Below are positions 29,250 through 39,993 of a DNA stretch of 64,000 nt, piece by piece (position 1 is the first letter of the stretch; the number at the start of each line of letters is the position of its first letter). Location: positions 124,001-188,000 of the IMG/VR virus record IMGVR_UViG_3300037010_001227; one strand, given 5' to 3'. The position numbers were made by a program, and so were the translations under genes. Under the pieces are notes generated by a model. It ran no database searches. It was not told the origin of the DNA and saw only the letters and a program-made list of their open reading frames with translations.

Positions 29250-30254
29250 ATGAAGATTGCTGCTGATAAGATTGTATTTAGTGGCCTTGCTGGTTCCAGA
29301 CTTTATGGAGTAGCTAATGCTAACTCGGATACAGACATTAAATGCGTGTTTGCACATAGTTTAGATGGTCTTATTTTGAATGAAAAAGACACGGATAGAA
29401 TAAAAGATCCTTCTGTAAATAGTGAGACTGAGTGGTTTTCAATTAGAAAGTTCTCCAGCCTTCTTGCACAGAACCAGACTGTAGCAATTGAACTTCTATT
29501 TATTCCACAGTCTCATATTATTACTACATCAGCAGCTTGGGAAGAACTTCTTGAGAATAGAGATAAGATTATCTCCAAAAACATTATGCCTTTTGTAGGA
29601 TATGCACGAAATCAGGCTCGTCTATATTCTGTAAAGGGTGATAGACTTGAATTTCTGCATGAAATTAAAAAACTTGTAGAACAATTCAAGAAAACTTGTG
29701 TTGCTTTAGAACCAACTTGTATTGGAATTACAGAATATCTAAATACATTTGATATTCTTGATACATGGATTGATAAGGATTTTATTTCCTTTGAAACAAG
29801 AAAAACACCTAATGGTAAAGATAACAAAATGGTGATGATTCTTGGGCGAGGGTTTGAAGAATTTTGCACTCCAGACCTCTGGTTAGAACGAATCGAAACT
29901 CAAATCAATAAATACGGTGAACGTGCTGAAATGGCTGAAGAAAACAAAGGCCATGATTTAAAGGCAACTTACCATGCTGTTAGAATCATTCAAGAAGCAA
30001 TGGATCTTCTTGATACTGGAATATTAGAGTTTCCGCGACCAGAAGCTCAGTTACTTCGTGAGATTCGTAATGGTAAGTATGATTATCGTTACACTTGTGA
30101 TCTAATTCAGGCTATGACTAAAGAATTAGAAATCAAAATGACAGCATCTACTTTACGAGAAACTCCAGACAAGAATTGGTTAACTTCTTGGGCACTTCGT
30201 TATCAACGTGCTTATGTTGTAGATGATTTTGAAGTTATCGCTAAAATCAATTAG
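29250..30254 (+). CDS. Pol-beta-fold nucleotidyltransferase (T4 NrdC.11 / RlaP-like)
   Basis: AGSRLYG...SDTD, FVGYARNQ, HDLKATYHAVR, LEFPRP. Confidence 0.85.
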   Translation: MKIAADKIVFSGLAGSRLYGVANANSDTDIKCVFAHSLDGLILNEKDTDRIKDPSVNSETEWFSIRKFSSLLAQNQTVAIELLFIPQSHIITTSAAWEELLENRDKIISKNIMPFVGYARNQARLYSVKGDRLEFLHEIKKLVEQFKKTCVALEPTCIGITEYLNTFDILDTWIDKDFISFETRKTPNGKDNKMVMILGRGFEEFCTPDLWLERIETQINKYGERAEMAEENKGHDLKATYHAVRIIQEAMDLLDTGILEFPRPEAQLLREIRNGKYDYRYTCDLIQAMTKELEIKMTASTLRETPDKNWLTSWALRYQRAYVVDDFEVIAKIN

Positions 30255-30798
30255 GATTATATAATGAGCCGACGAGATGTGCAAGTAATTGATGATCGTT
30301 ATGATATTCTTACTAAAGAGAATGCAGAACTAAAACGTTAATTAATTGCCATTTCGTCGGTAGCTAAATAGCTTGACAGCATGAGAGATAATGAAAGTGC
30401 TAAATTGAAAGCTGAGATAGTTGACATAACTCTTTATGTTGACGAGGCTACACTAACTCGCACTAAAATGTTAGCTGAACGCAGATATGGTCTTGTTTAT
30501 TATTATTATAAAGCTGTTGTTTTAGTAGGACAGCAAGCCAGTCTTAATTTTTAAGGGTTTACTGGAACATAGCCCAAACGAACCTTGGTATACGGTTAAC
30601 TGGGCTTTGGTAATGCTGTAAAATACCTTATTAGTTGTAGTAAATATATACCTTTTACTTCTACAACTAAAAGATATTCACATATTACGAGAAATCCAGT
30701 ATGCAGATTACAACTAACAAAAACAATTATTAATTTGTTTAAAAACAATTTTGTGTAAATAACAATTTACCTGTTACGAACAGAAAATGGAATAATAT

Positions 30799-31398
30799 AT
30801 GATATTCATAACAAGTGACTTACATATAGGACATAAGAGGATATTGGAATTATGTCCTAATCGACCGTTTAAAACTGTCGATGAAATGAATGAAAAATTA
30901 GTAGAAAACTTTAATGACGTTGTATTAAAAACAGATATTGTCTATTGTCTTGGTGATTTCTGTATGGGAGATAGAATACAAAATCTAAAATATCTTTCAA
31001 AGTTCAACGGACAGTGGCATTTAATCGCAGGCAACCACGATTATCCTTATGATCATCGAGATAGGGAAAAGTGGTTAAAGATTTATTCTGATGCTGGCTT
31101 TGAATCAATTCAAAGAGTAGCTGTGCTAACAGATGTTAAACTTAAACACTGGACAAAACCCATCCGACTACAACACTTTCCTTTGCTTGAAGCCGGAATC
31201 CAGGATCATATTGATTCCAAAGTCAGGTTTGCACATGACAGGCTTCCAGATAATGGTAGCCTTCATCTTTCTGGCCATACTCATAGTACTAATAAAATAG
31301 CGTGTAAAAATAATATTCATGTTGGTTGCGATGCCTGGGATTTTCGTCCTGTAAGCATCATTGATATTATACACCTTCACAATGAGCAAGGTTGGTAA
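30799..31398 (+). CDS. calcineurin-like metallophosphoesterase
   Basis: SDLH, LGD, GNHD, HFP, GHTH motifs. Confidence 0.9.
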   Translation: MIFITSDLHIGHKRILELCPNRPFKTVDEMNEKLVENFNDVVLKTDIVYCLGDFCMGDRIQNLKYLSKFNGQWHLIAGNHDYPYDHRDREKWLKIYSDAGFESIQRVAVLTDVKLKHWTKPIRLQHFPLLEAGIQDHIDSKVRFAHDRLPDNGSLHLSGHTHSTNKIACKNNIHVGCDAWDFRPVSIIDIIHLHNEQGW

Positions 31399-31628
31399 TG
31401 ACCCATTGGAGATTGTTTTTACTACCAGAAGGTCCATTTTTTGAACGGCAATTTATAACAAAAGAAGCTGTCGTTCTCTTTATAAGAGATAATTTATTTT
31501 TTTGTTCCAATATTAAGAAGCCTTATAATAAAGATTTCTTAATCGCGGCGCCCGATATGGTTTCATTTATTCCAGAAGAATATACTGAGATAGAAAAATG
31601 TTTATTAGAAATAGTGGAGGTAGAATAA
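31398..31628 (+). CDS. FHxP...EFDII family paralogue
   Basis: WRLFLLPEG...LLEIVEVE. Confidence 0.6.
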   Translation: MTHWRLFLLPEGPFFERQFITKEAVVLFIRDNLFFCSNIKKPYNKDFLIAAPDMVSFIPEEYTEIEKCLLEIVEVE

Positions 31629-31868
31629 ATGTATGCAATAATTCATTTGGGGACATCTGAACGAGTTGTTGAATCCACCAATAAAAATTGGTTACACAAT
31701 ATTGTTGATGGGTTCAAGATTTGTAAACATAATAAAACATACAATTGGAGAATAGTCCGTCCTGAATATAATGTAACCAAGATAGATTATACTGTTTATT
31801 CTAAGTGTGAGTTTGAGATAATGTCAATTGAACATTCTACGGGAGATAAACTCTGTTATGGCATATAA
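31629..31868 (+). CDS. FHxP...EFDII family paralogue
   Basis: YAIIHLGTS...CEFEIMSIE. Confidence 0.6.
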   Translation: MYAIIHLGTSERVVESTNKNWLHNIVDGFKICKHNKTYNWRIVRPEYNVTKIDYTVYSKCEFEIMSIEHSTGDKLCYGI

Positions 31869-32103
31869 ACTTTTTCATATCCCAGAATCTACTTTCGTTG
31901 AATTTCTATTTGACGGAATTAGATCAAAAACCAACTGGAAAAAGTGGTTAAAAAATAACAAAATTTGTTATTATCCAAAAGCTAAAGCATATGGTTGGAG
32001 GAGTAATTCTTGTGCAAAAAAGGTTACTAGTTATCCAGGTAAAGATATAATTCTACTTAACAGTAAAGAATTTGATATTATTGAGGTAAAAGATGCAAAA
32101 TGA
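31858..32103 (+). CDS. FHxP...EFDII family paralogue
   Basis: YKLFHIPES...KEFDIIEVK. Confidence 0.65.
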   Translation: MAYKLFHIPESTFVEFLFDGIRSKTNWKKWLKNNKICYYPKAKAYGWRSNSCAKKVTSYPGKDIILLNSKEFDIIEVKDAK

Positions 32104-32377
32104 TATTAAATGGGCACTGTTTCATGTGCCTAAGTCAGATGTTATATTTGTATCAGAAACAAGACACTTCATTGAAGAAACTCTGAATAACTATTGTATA
32201 TACCTTCAAAATGGTGTATACTTTTACACAGCACAAGAAGATTTTCCTCATAAAGAAAAGGAAGCAATCAAGCTTGATAAAGCTGAGTTTGATCTTCTCA
32301 AAATTCAAGTATTACAATCAACGGACACGGTATTTTCTTACAAGGTTTTAGAGCACGCTAAAATGGACAAAAAGTGA
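32093..32377 (+). CDS. FHxP...EFDII family paralogue
   Basis: WALFHVPKS...AEFDLLKI. Confidence 0.65.
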   Translation: MQNDIKWALFHVPKSDVIFVSETRHFIEETLNNYCIYLQNGVYFYTAQEDFPHKEKEAIKLDKAEFDLLKIQVLQSTDTVFSYKVLEHAKMDKK

Positions 32378-32786
32378 GCTTAAGCAGCTATTTGCATCAC
32401 GATTAAATAAAGAACAATTTGCCTCTAAGATGGCAGAACGTGGAACTCATATTATAACTCCTGATATGGCTTCTACATTAGACTATCGGACAGATCGATC
32501 AAGATTCTTTGTTAAGCTTGATCCAACTGGTATTGTTATTGGAGGAGATTTTGGATGACTGGAACTGCTTGCTCATTACTGATATTCAAATGAATGGACC
32601 TGAAAGACTGTTAATAGGACTCTATCAAAAAAAGTATTGTGAACAGATAAAACTGGAAGAGTGAAAATAGCAGTTAACAAAAGTAATGAAATAGCATGGT
32701 CATACTGTTTCATTACTGCAAGCGACTTTAATAATAGATTCCTTGCCTCATGAATATGACTATATTAAACATTGTAATAGGAGGGT

Positions 32787-33791
32787 TTGATGAATGTTAC
32801 GCAGAACTTGATCAACAACATCCTTAAAGCTAAGACAGTTTACTATCATTCTGGTTGTCCAGACGGTATTATTGCAAGGGAGTTTATTTTTCGAACATTA
32901 ACTGAAGGTATGAATAAACCTTGCACGGCTGTGTTTGAACCATATTTTCCTGGTAATAAGTTGACTGTAACTGACAACTGTGTTTTCATTGATGTTGCTC
33001 CAATTCAAGAGCAATATGAAGACTTTTTAAAAGCTGGTAGTGTTATTATGGACCACCATATTACCAATAAGCCAAGCAATTATGATGAGCTGGATATTGC
33101 TTATCCAGATCAACTTAGATTTGGTCTGAATGCAAACAATGAGAGTGGAGCCCAACTTGCTTTTGAATGTTTGGAGTTTCACCTAAAAGCAAAGGGCTAT
33201 ATTGGCTTTACAGGTAGTATTGAACGACATATTGCCAATCTTATTGCGATTGGTGATTGTTGGGATACTAAAAGTCCTTTTTTTGAAAAAGCCAGATTCC
33301 TTGGTCAATACATTGCAATGTATGGGAATGATTATGACAAAGGTATCCCTGGACAAAACTTCATTGAACAAGCCTACGAATATGGTAGACTAAGAAAGAG
33401 AAGTTTTGAGCGGACGGTCAAGAAAGTTATTATCCAACAGTTTTCAATGAGTGTTCCTGAAAGAGTAATGAAAATTGCTTTTATGAACACTCATGATGGA
33501 ATATCTGATGTGTCTGAAATACTTAGAATAGAACAGAATATTGATCTAATTGTTGGTTGGATTATCCAAAAGATACTGATTGACGGTGTTCCAACTGACG
33601 TAATTTCTTACTCACTTCGATCTAATGACAAGTTTGACTGTTCTAAGTTTGCTAAATACTGCAATATTCGTGGTGGAGGTCATCCAAAAGCAGCTGGATT
33701 TATTATCAACCTATCTGAAACAAACAGACTTAATGGTATGGATTATTTTATGCAACTTCTAGCTACTTACTCACCTAAAAGTTATGTTTAA
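32787..33791 (+). CDS. DHH/DHHA1 phosphoesterase (nanoRNase-like)
   Basis: YHSGCPDG, FID, MDHH, YSLRS, GGGHPKAAG. Confidence 0.85.
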   Translation: MMNVTQNLINNILKAKTVYYHSGCPDGIIAREFIFRTLTEGMNKPCTAVFEPYFPGNKLTVTDNCVFIDVAPIQEQYEDFLKAGSVIMDHHITNKPSNYDELDIAYPDQLRFGLNANNESGAQLAFECLEFHLKAKGYIGFTGSIERHIANLIAIGDCWDTKSPFFEKARFLGQYIAMYGNDYDKGIPGQNFIEQAYEYGRLRKRSFERTVKKVIIQQFSMSVPERVMKIAFMNTHDGISDVSEILRIEQNIDLIVGWIIQKILIDGVPTDVISYSLRSNDKFDCSKFAKYCNIRGGGHPKAAGFIINLSETNRLNGMDYFMQLLATYSPKSYV

Positions 33792-34230
33792 TATAGAACC
33801 ACATGCATTTAGCAAACGAATTAAGATGATGCCTTATGTGGTTTGTTCGAAATGTGGTATGGTGAAACTAAATAACCCATTTTCTTTATGGTGTATTAGA
33901 ATGGGTTGTGACCACGAAGAACATCCAGACTATAACAATCAACGAAGTAAGGCATTACATGTATCTTGAACTTGAATTACACAACAAGACTTATACATCT
34001 ATAAAAATAATAGATGTTAAGGATTCATAGGGACTTATTAATAGGTTTTCAATCAATTCATGAGTGGTCATGGATCTCTTAGTTTAAATCTTATTAATGG
34101 TAATATATTAGTGTTAAGTAAGTAGCACCTAAATGCAGGAACACTCACAATCGTGGAATGATTTGTTTGTTGCTGCTATTACTAAACCTCACGGTTTCAT
34201 CACATTTTCAATCCTTCTAAGGAGACTACA

Positions 34231-34671
34231 ATGGTAGAAGAGACACAGCCTAGAGATTACAGAGAGATTCGTAAGTGGATTAAGGGATTCCATCGGGGTT
34301 CTTATAATCTTATTGGGTTTCTGATGGCTTCTTATAATAAGGAAACTGAGTCAGTTAGAGTTGGTTGGAGTTTTTGTGCTCCAACAGATGTTTTCAGTAA
34401 GAAAGTAGCTGAAAACATTGCTCGTGGACGTATCGACAAGATGACTACAGCTCGTATCCCCAAGCGTTATCTGGATGAAGTTGAAATATTCGTTCAGACT
34501 TGCAAAGCATATTACAACACGAATGAAATCTATGTTTGTTGCGGTAATACTTGCGATACTGATCCAGGCTATTTTGATGAAGAAGATTGCAATTGTTCTA
34601 TTTGTGATACGTGTGAGGATTTAGATTGCAAAGAATGTACAGAGTGTGATGGTTGTTCAGAGTATGATTAA
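34231..34671 (+). CDS. hypothetical protein with Cys/acid-rich tail
   Basis: SD AGGAG; 11 Cys in the last ~44 aa. Confidence 0.75.
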   Translation: MVEETQPRDYREIRKWIKGFHRGSYNLIGFLMASYNKETESVRVGWSFCAPTDVFSKKVAENIARGRIDKMTTARIPKRYLDEVEIFVQTCKAYYNTNEIYVCCGNTCDTDPGYFDEEDCNCSICDTCEDLDCKECTECDGCSEYD

Positions 34672-34956
34672 ACAAGCGGTAGGAGACTGTTAGTCAATGC
34701 TGAGGTCTAAATAACCAACTGTCAGAAGTGCCCAACTGCAAGACTGAAAGAACTCCTAAAGCAGGTTTTGCACACGAGTATTACGGTTCAAGTTCACCCT
34801 TTCAAACAACAGTAAGGAAAATGTCGTAATAATAGTAACGGGGTGGTATGTATAGTAAATAAACTTATTACAACAAATAGAACAATCTAAAATGGCCATC
34901 TGAAGCACCACACGGTAATCAGATATCAGATTGGTGTCCACTTTCACAGGAGAAAT

Positions 34957-35481
34957 ATGAAGACCCAGCCTATTAAGACATTTGAGTTTGTAGTTGCAAT
35001 AACTTCAGAAGAACCAAAGAAGGTTGAAATACCTTCTATTACAGCACTAAGTAACCATCTTCAGTATCTGATTGATCATCAGGCTGGAAGTTGGATTGGT
35101 CAGGATTGGGTTCCTGAACAGTATTATAATCCACAGCTTGATTATTCAATTAAAGAACTTGAAAATTTCTTTAAGACTCAGGCTAATGTTATTGCAAAGT
35201 GTAAGGAAACTCAAGTTAAACTTGAGAAACTTTACAGTGACCTTTGTAGGGAAATTGAAGAAGAAAAAGAAGAAAAAGAATTCAAAATTGGTGATAGGGT
35301 TATTCGAAATTGTCCTCCTGTTGACATTGGACCATATAGCATCATGAACGGTGAAATTGGAACAATCGTAGCAATTTCACCTAATGTAAATAATTGTTAT
35401 CGTGTTATTTGGGATAGATTTCCAAAATTCAAATGTTCATATAGTAAAAATCATTTACTGAAATATGGAGGAGGTCGTTAA
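34957..35481 (+). CDS. hypothetical protein (coiled coil + SH3-like C-terminus)
   Basis: FKIGDRV..GEIGTIV..YRVIWD pattern. Confidence 0.65.
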   Translation: MKTQPIKTFEFVVAITSEEPKKVEIPSITALSNHLQYLIDHQAGSWIGQDWVPEQYYNPQLDYSIKELENFFKTQANVIAKCKETQVKLEKLYSDLCREIEEEKEEKEFKIGDRVIRNCPPVDIGPYSIMNGEIGTIVAISPNVNNCYRVIWDRFPKFKCSYSKNHLLKYGGGR

Positions 35482-36035
35482 TGAGAATAATGTTTGTTGG
35501 AAAAAAAAGAGCCGGAAAAGATATCGCCACTTCTTTCTTTAGAAGTCATTATGGTGGTTATACCGATAGTTTTGCGGCACCAATTTATGAGATTATGTAT
35601 AGTATCCAAGATAAACTTGGTATTGCTCGTCACAAAGACAGAGACATTCTCAAGTTTGTTGGTGCTTTAGGCCGTGCAATTGATCCTAATTTCTGGATTA
35701 ATAAGCTGAAAGAACGAGTTTTTGAATCTGCTCACCGTAATGAGAATGTGTTTATTTCAGACGGTAGATTTGAAAATGAGTTGAATGAAATGCGTAAGAT
35801 GGGATTCATTCTTGTTAAAATTCATTGTTCGGATTCAATCAGAAAGAATCGGCTACTTCCAGAAGATGTAGTTAATGATGCTGATATCTCTGAAAACGGT
35901 TATCCTGCCGATTATCCTTTCGATATGGTAATTACTAATGAAGGGACTCTTGAAGAGTTTCACAACGCTCTTTGGGAACTCGGAAACAAAGTAACCAAGA
36001 ATGAAATTAAGCCTAGAACAGTATTTGATTCCTGA
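35481..36035 (+). CDS. deoxynucleoside monophosphate kinase
   Basis: GKKRAGKD, SFAAPI, FWI, ISDGRFENE, ITNEGT. Confidence 0.85.
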   Translation: MRIMFVGKKRAGKDIATSFFRSHYGGYTDSFAAPIYEIMYSIQDKLGIARHKDRDILKFVGALGRAIDPNFWINKLKERVFESAHRNENVFISDGRFENELNEMRKMGFILVKIHCSDSIRKNRLLPEDVVNDADISENGYPADYPFDMVITNEGTLEEFHNALWELGNKVTKNEIKPRTVFDS

Positions 36036-36410
36036 GCATAGATTTCCAATTCCATTTCATCCTTTCAAGGAATTGGAATGCTATCACTACTACGATGGTC
36101 CTGTTTGTGCTCTCGTAGAAGATGGAAGACAAAAATATATTTCAATTTATTGGAATGAGAACAGAGAGGCTCAAACTCAAACATTTGTTTATTTTCCTAC
36201 GGATGAAGTTACAACAGATGCCTTAGTCAATAATAAAATAACATTGCTAGAGTTTGAACTATCTGTTCCTTATATAATAGTAATACGAGAATACTTTAAA
36301 GATATTTATCCTTCAGCATGTTGGAAAGTATCTCCACTATTAGTAGATCCAAAAGAATTTGCGAGTCCAGGAGTATATATGTTTCTGGAGCCGCCAGCAG
36401 AGGAGAAACA

Positions 36411-37019
36411 ATGAATCTAGTAGTAGAAAACATCGGTAAGGAACGGGCTTCTTATGTAATCGGTTTTGAAGGTCATATCAATGCTGAAACTAAGGAACCT
36501 ATTCATATTAGTAAGCGTAGTGTAGAAGTTCTAAAGCAGATGATTGATCTTGGTAACCAGTTTAATGCTGCAAAGCCAATGCTAGAAAAGGGTGTCTTTG
36601 ATCGTCTAAAGGGTTTTCCCAATGGCGAAGATATTCTTCTCTATCTTGAAAACAATGGTATTGATGTGTTCGAGTATATCGAAACTGCATCAAAGACCTT
36701 TGAAGATACCGTCAAGGCAAGTGGAAACACAGGTGAACGTGCAAAGAGGGGTCAGGGATATATTTCCAAATCTCAGAAGTTCGCTAATAACAGTGTTGCT
36801 AAGTTAGCTTGTCTTCTAGCGCCTGCATCTAAGACTGGCACAGTATCAGACGAACAGCTAATTGCTGGTTTTGACGCTGCTGTTAAGATGATGAGTGAAG
36901 TAACACAGGAAAACGCTGTAGCTATCGCTCGTAAGATTGCAGAAAAGACTGGCTTGGATAGTGATGGTAGAATAAGGCTTCGCGCAGAAAGTGTTAAAGA
37001 AGAAAATACTGAAGAGTAA
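36411..37019 (+). CDS. hypothetical protein
   Basis: SD GAGGAG before ATG 36411. Confidence 0.75.
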   Translation: MNLVVENIGKERASYVIGFEGHINAETKEPIHISKRSVEVLKQMIDLGNQFNAAKPMLEKGVFDRLKGFPNGEDILLYLENNGIDVFEYIETASKTFEDTVKASGNTGERAKRGQGYISKSQKFANNSVAKLACLLAPASKTGTVSDEQLIAGFDAAVKMMSEVTQENAVAIARKIAEKTGLDSDGRIRLRAESVKEENTEE

Positions 37020-37029
37020 GTTGTATTTT

Positions 37030-37657
37030 TAGTTTTGTGCTTCTTGCATTTTAACTTGATTTTCGGGAGAAATTTTTCTATTTTGTTCTTTAGCGATTTT
37101 AGATAATTTCTCCCGAGTTTACTTAGTGTGTAGTTTACCAGGAATCTGTTTGTGAGTATCTGACATTTTTCTGGTTTCTTCTAATATAGGTTCTCTTATT
37201 TTATTGGACTGACGAATTTTCTCTTTAGATTCGTCAGTCCAAACTCTATTTTATTCCATTCAATTAACCGTTGGCGAGCCTCTTCTGAAATTGGATGAGG
37301 TTTGCCAGTAGCTAATATGGATTTAGCTTTTCGTTGTTCTTCAGTTAGTGGTGATTTCTTTATTACCAACCAGCCTGCTATTATACCCATTGTTATAGGA
37401 ATCAGAAATATCCATAGCACACTGTTCATAAAATAATAGATTTTTAAGTTCACAATATAGTAAAATTTCAAAAATAAAGTTAGCTTCGTCATGCTTATTC
37501 CAAGAGTTTTGTAATCTTGGTGAATAGTGGTTATCAGTTTAACTGGCCATACTAACAAGTTCGAAAGGTTACTATAGAACCTATATATATAATTTTCCAG
37601 TTACTAAATTACGAAGTTGATACATATCTGATATCTGTGGTAGTGCTTTGCTTGTCA
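37030..37657 (-). pseudogene. decayed GIY-YIG homing endonuclease with NUMOD3-like repeats
   Basis: Minus strand ISDMYQLRNLVTGKLYIGS, then frameshifted segments (PLTEEQRKAKS, HPISEEARQRL). Confidence 0.7.
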
Positions 37658-37884
37658 TATATTTACTTGTGTGGATGAATACGACTACGATACAGTGGAC
37701 GCTACTATGACAAAAGTGTTCAAGGTCATTAAACGTTACAGTTGGTAAAGTTGCTGGACAGGGTGGAATTTCTGACCTAGTCCTGTAAATAAGACTTTAG
37801 AAAAGTGCCTTTCGACCCGATTACATAGTAAGCCGGCTGATTTAAAACAAAACAATCCCACCCAGTCACGCAAAAATTGACCCT

Positions 37885-37908
37885 TGCCTCTCTTTTGAGG
37901 CATTTTTT
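37885..37908 (+). terminator. Rho-independent terminator
   Basis: TGCCTC-TCTTTT-GAGGCA + T6. Confidence 0.65.
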
Positions 37909-37926
37909 ATGTTTGGAGTTTTTGAA

Positions 37927-38436
37927 ATGAAAATTGCGGGCATGTATCAGTTTGATAATATTCATAATGTTTATGTTAATGTTACACAGCCAATTGTAAT
38001 GCTAAGTAATTTACCAGCTTCTATCAAACGTGGATTTGAAGCAGCTCTTGTGGCATCTAATCATTCTGATGGATTGCAAAGAAGATTGAGAATGGGAGCT
38101 GCTATTTATGCTGGCTCCAGACTTTTGAGTATAGGCTTCAATCAGTATCAGAAAACAAAGCCAGGAAATAAGTTCTTCAAAGTTGGAGAAAATGGTGTGG
38201 TCAAAGAGTTTCTAAAGACCATTCATGCTGAACAAAATGCATTGATTAAAATCAGGCATAGAGATTATAGTAACAACAAACTCAGTATGTATATTTATAG
38301 ATCTGATTCAAATGGAAATCCTGCTACATCAGCACCATGTCCATTATGTCAAGCTGATATTAAAAAAGCTGGTATAGCTAAAGTTTATTTTATAGCTCCT
38401 GGTGGATATCTTGGTTATTGGAATACTGGTATTTAG
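37927..38436 (+). CDS. zinc-dependent cytidine/dCMP deaminase-fold protein
   Basis: MGAAI, IGFN, HAE, APCPLC; exact start uncertain (37909-37942). Confidence 0.85.
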   Translation: MKIAGMYQFDNIHNVYVNVTQPIVMLSNLPASIKRGFEAALVASNHSDGLQRRLRMGAAIYAGSRLLSIGFNQYQKTKPGNKFFKVGENGVVKEFLKTIHAEQNALIKIRHRDYSNNKLSMYIYRSDSNGNPATSAPCPLCQADIKKAGIAKVYFIAPGGYLGYWNTGI

Positions 38437-38700
38437 TATCTCTTTTTATATACCTACTAAATAATCGTATTTACCACATACTAGCTAACGTAATTTGTAT
38501 TTCTTTATCTAAAGTATTTTATAAAATACACTAAATTGTGTTTATTTCTACCATTTATTTTATTTGTTTCATTCCAGTATACATAGTTTTTGCATAGTTA
38601 TACTTATTATCAGAGATAATAATAAATTTATTAATAGCTTCTATTTGCATAAGTCGTTTAGGCTAATATACGCTATGTATCAGACTATACAGGATACCAG

Positions 38701-39327
38701 ATGAGAATCTCCGCTAAGGAATATATTAAGCAGTATAGAAGTGGTTGCGAAGATTACATTATGCAGTTTTTCGGAAATAGAGAAGAACTAGTAATTGAGG
38801 GTGGTTTCCTTAAATGGGAACAGGATGCTTCTCAATGGGCTGGGCCTTGGATGGGAAATTTTGTTCTGTATGTAGTTTCTGATTTCAGACAAACCAGACT
38901 GCCGAAAGAAGAAGAACTTAAAACTAAATATTCCGAATACGTAATGGCTAATATAGATTCGTATCCACAGGATGTTGTTAGTAAGTGTTTTACTGAAGAT
39001 CAATTTACCTGTTTCGTAGATGGTAAGAAATGGATAAGAACACAATTAACACTGGATGAACGAAGAGAGATTGTGGCAAATCTCTCCAGACAGGAAGTTA
39101 TGGATCTGAGTTTATCTATTAGAACTCAGATAAATCATTTCAATACAGTTGAAATATTGGGAGATGTTTGTAAAGAGCGTCCTTTTAAGTTGTATCTTTG
39201 CGGAAACAATGATACAGCATATTCTAAAACTTTTGCTACAAAGGAAGAAGCACTCTCAATGTTAGCCAAACTAGAACAAACTTCTAGTTGGGATATCATC
39301 TTTAACTATTTTGTATTCACTAAGTAG
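38701..39327 (+). CDS. hypothetical protein
   Basis: 208 aa ORF. Confidence 0.75.
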   Translation: MRISAKEYIKQYRSGCEDYIMQFFGNREELVIEGGFLKWEQDASQWAGPWMGNFVLYVVSDFRQTRLPKEEELKTKYSEYVMANIDSYPQDVVSKCFTEDQFTCFVDGKKWIRTQLTLDERREIVANLSRQEVMDLSLSIRTQINHFNTVEILGDVCKERPFKLYLCGNNDTAYSKTFATKEEALSMLAKLEQTSSWDIIFNYFVFTK

Positions 39328-39561
39328 AAGCATTTATGACCAGTGCTGATGCACGATTCAAACACGATTCAAACACGATGAACTAATGTTTCGATTATTT
39401 ATCAAACGAGACAATAATACAATAATACAATAACTCAAGAAGAAAATAAAAATCTTCTAGAATAAATGGATAATCTATGGTATGATCTATCTGAAGATGA
39501 ACTGGATAAAGTTAATGCCTTAGTAAGGTAGACCGTAAACAACTATGAATTAAAGGAACCT

Positions 39562-39993
39562 ATGATGGGACGGAAAGCGTATAGAGCAGTAGATTTAGAC
39601 GGAACTCTAGCATATTATACTAAATATGCTGGAGCTACTGTTATAGGAAAACCTATTGAACCAATGTTAGCTCAGGTAAAGAAGTGGCTTGAAAACGGTG
39701 ATAGAGTGGCTATTTTCACGTCAAGAGTAGATCCTTCAGCAAAAGACCATAGAGAAGCTACTCTTGCTGTTGAACATTGGTGTAAAATTCATATTGGGCG
39801 CATTCTTCTTGTTACTGCTGTAAAGTCAAAAGATTTTACACATTTCTATGATGATCGAGCACAACAGGTTATCAAGAACAAAGGTATTATAGTAGAATCA
39901 CCCAACTTTGACGAAATAATTACTGACATTAATGATAATGGAAACCGTGCCGAAAGTATTCGTGTAGCTGGAGGATTAAATGGCAACTTCTAA
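39562..39993 (+). CDS. HAD-superfamily phosphatase (PNKP-phosphatase-like)
   Basis: DLDGTL, IFTSR, K, YDDRA. Confidence 0.85.
   Translation: MMGRKAYRAVDLDGTLAYYTKYAGATVIGKPIEPMLAQVKKWLENGDRVAIFTSRVDPSAKDHREATLAVEHWCKIHIGRILLVTAVKSKDFTHFYDDRAQQVIKNKGIIVESPNFDEIITDINDNGNRAESIRVAGGLNGNF

Noticed and set aside
39352-39379. Short tandem repeat CACGATTCAAA x2.5
   Set aside because: It has too few copies, no spacers, and lies in a decayed ORF; most likely a slippage duplication.
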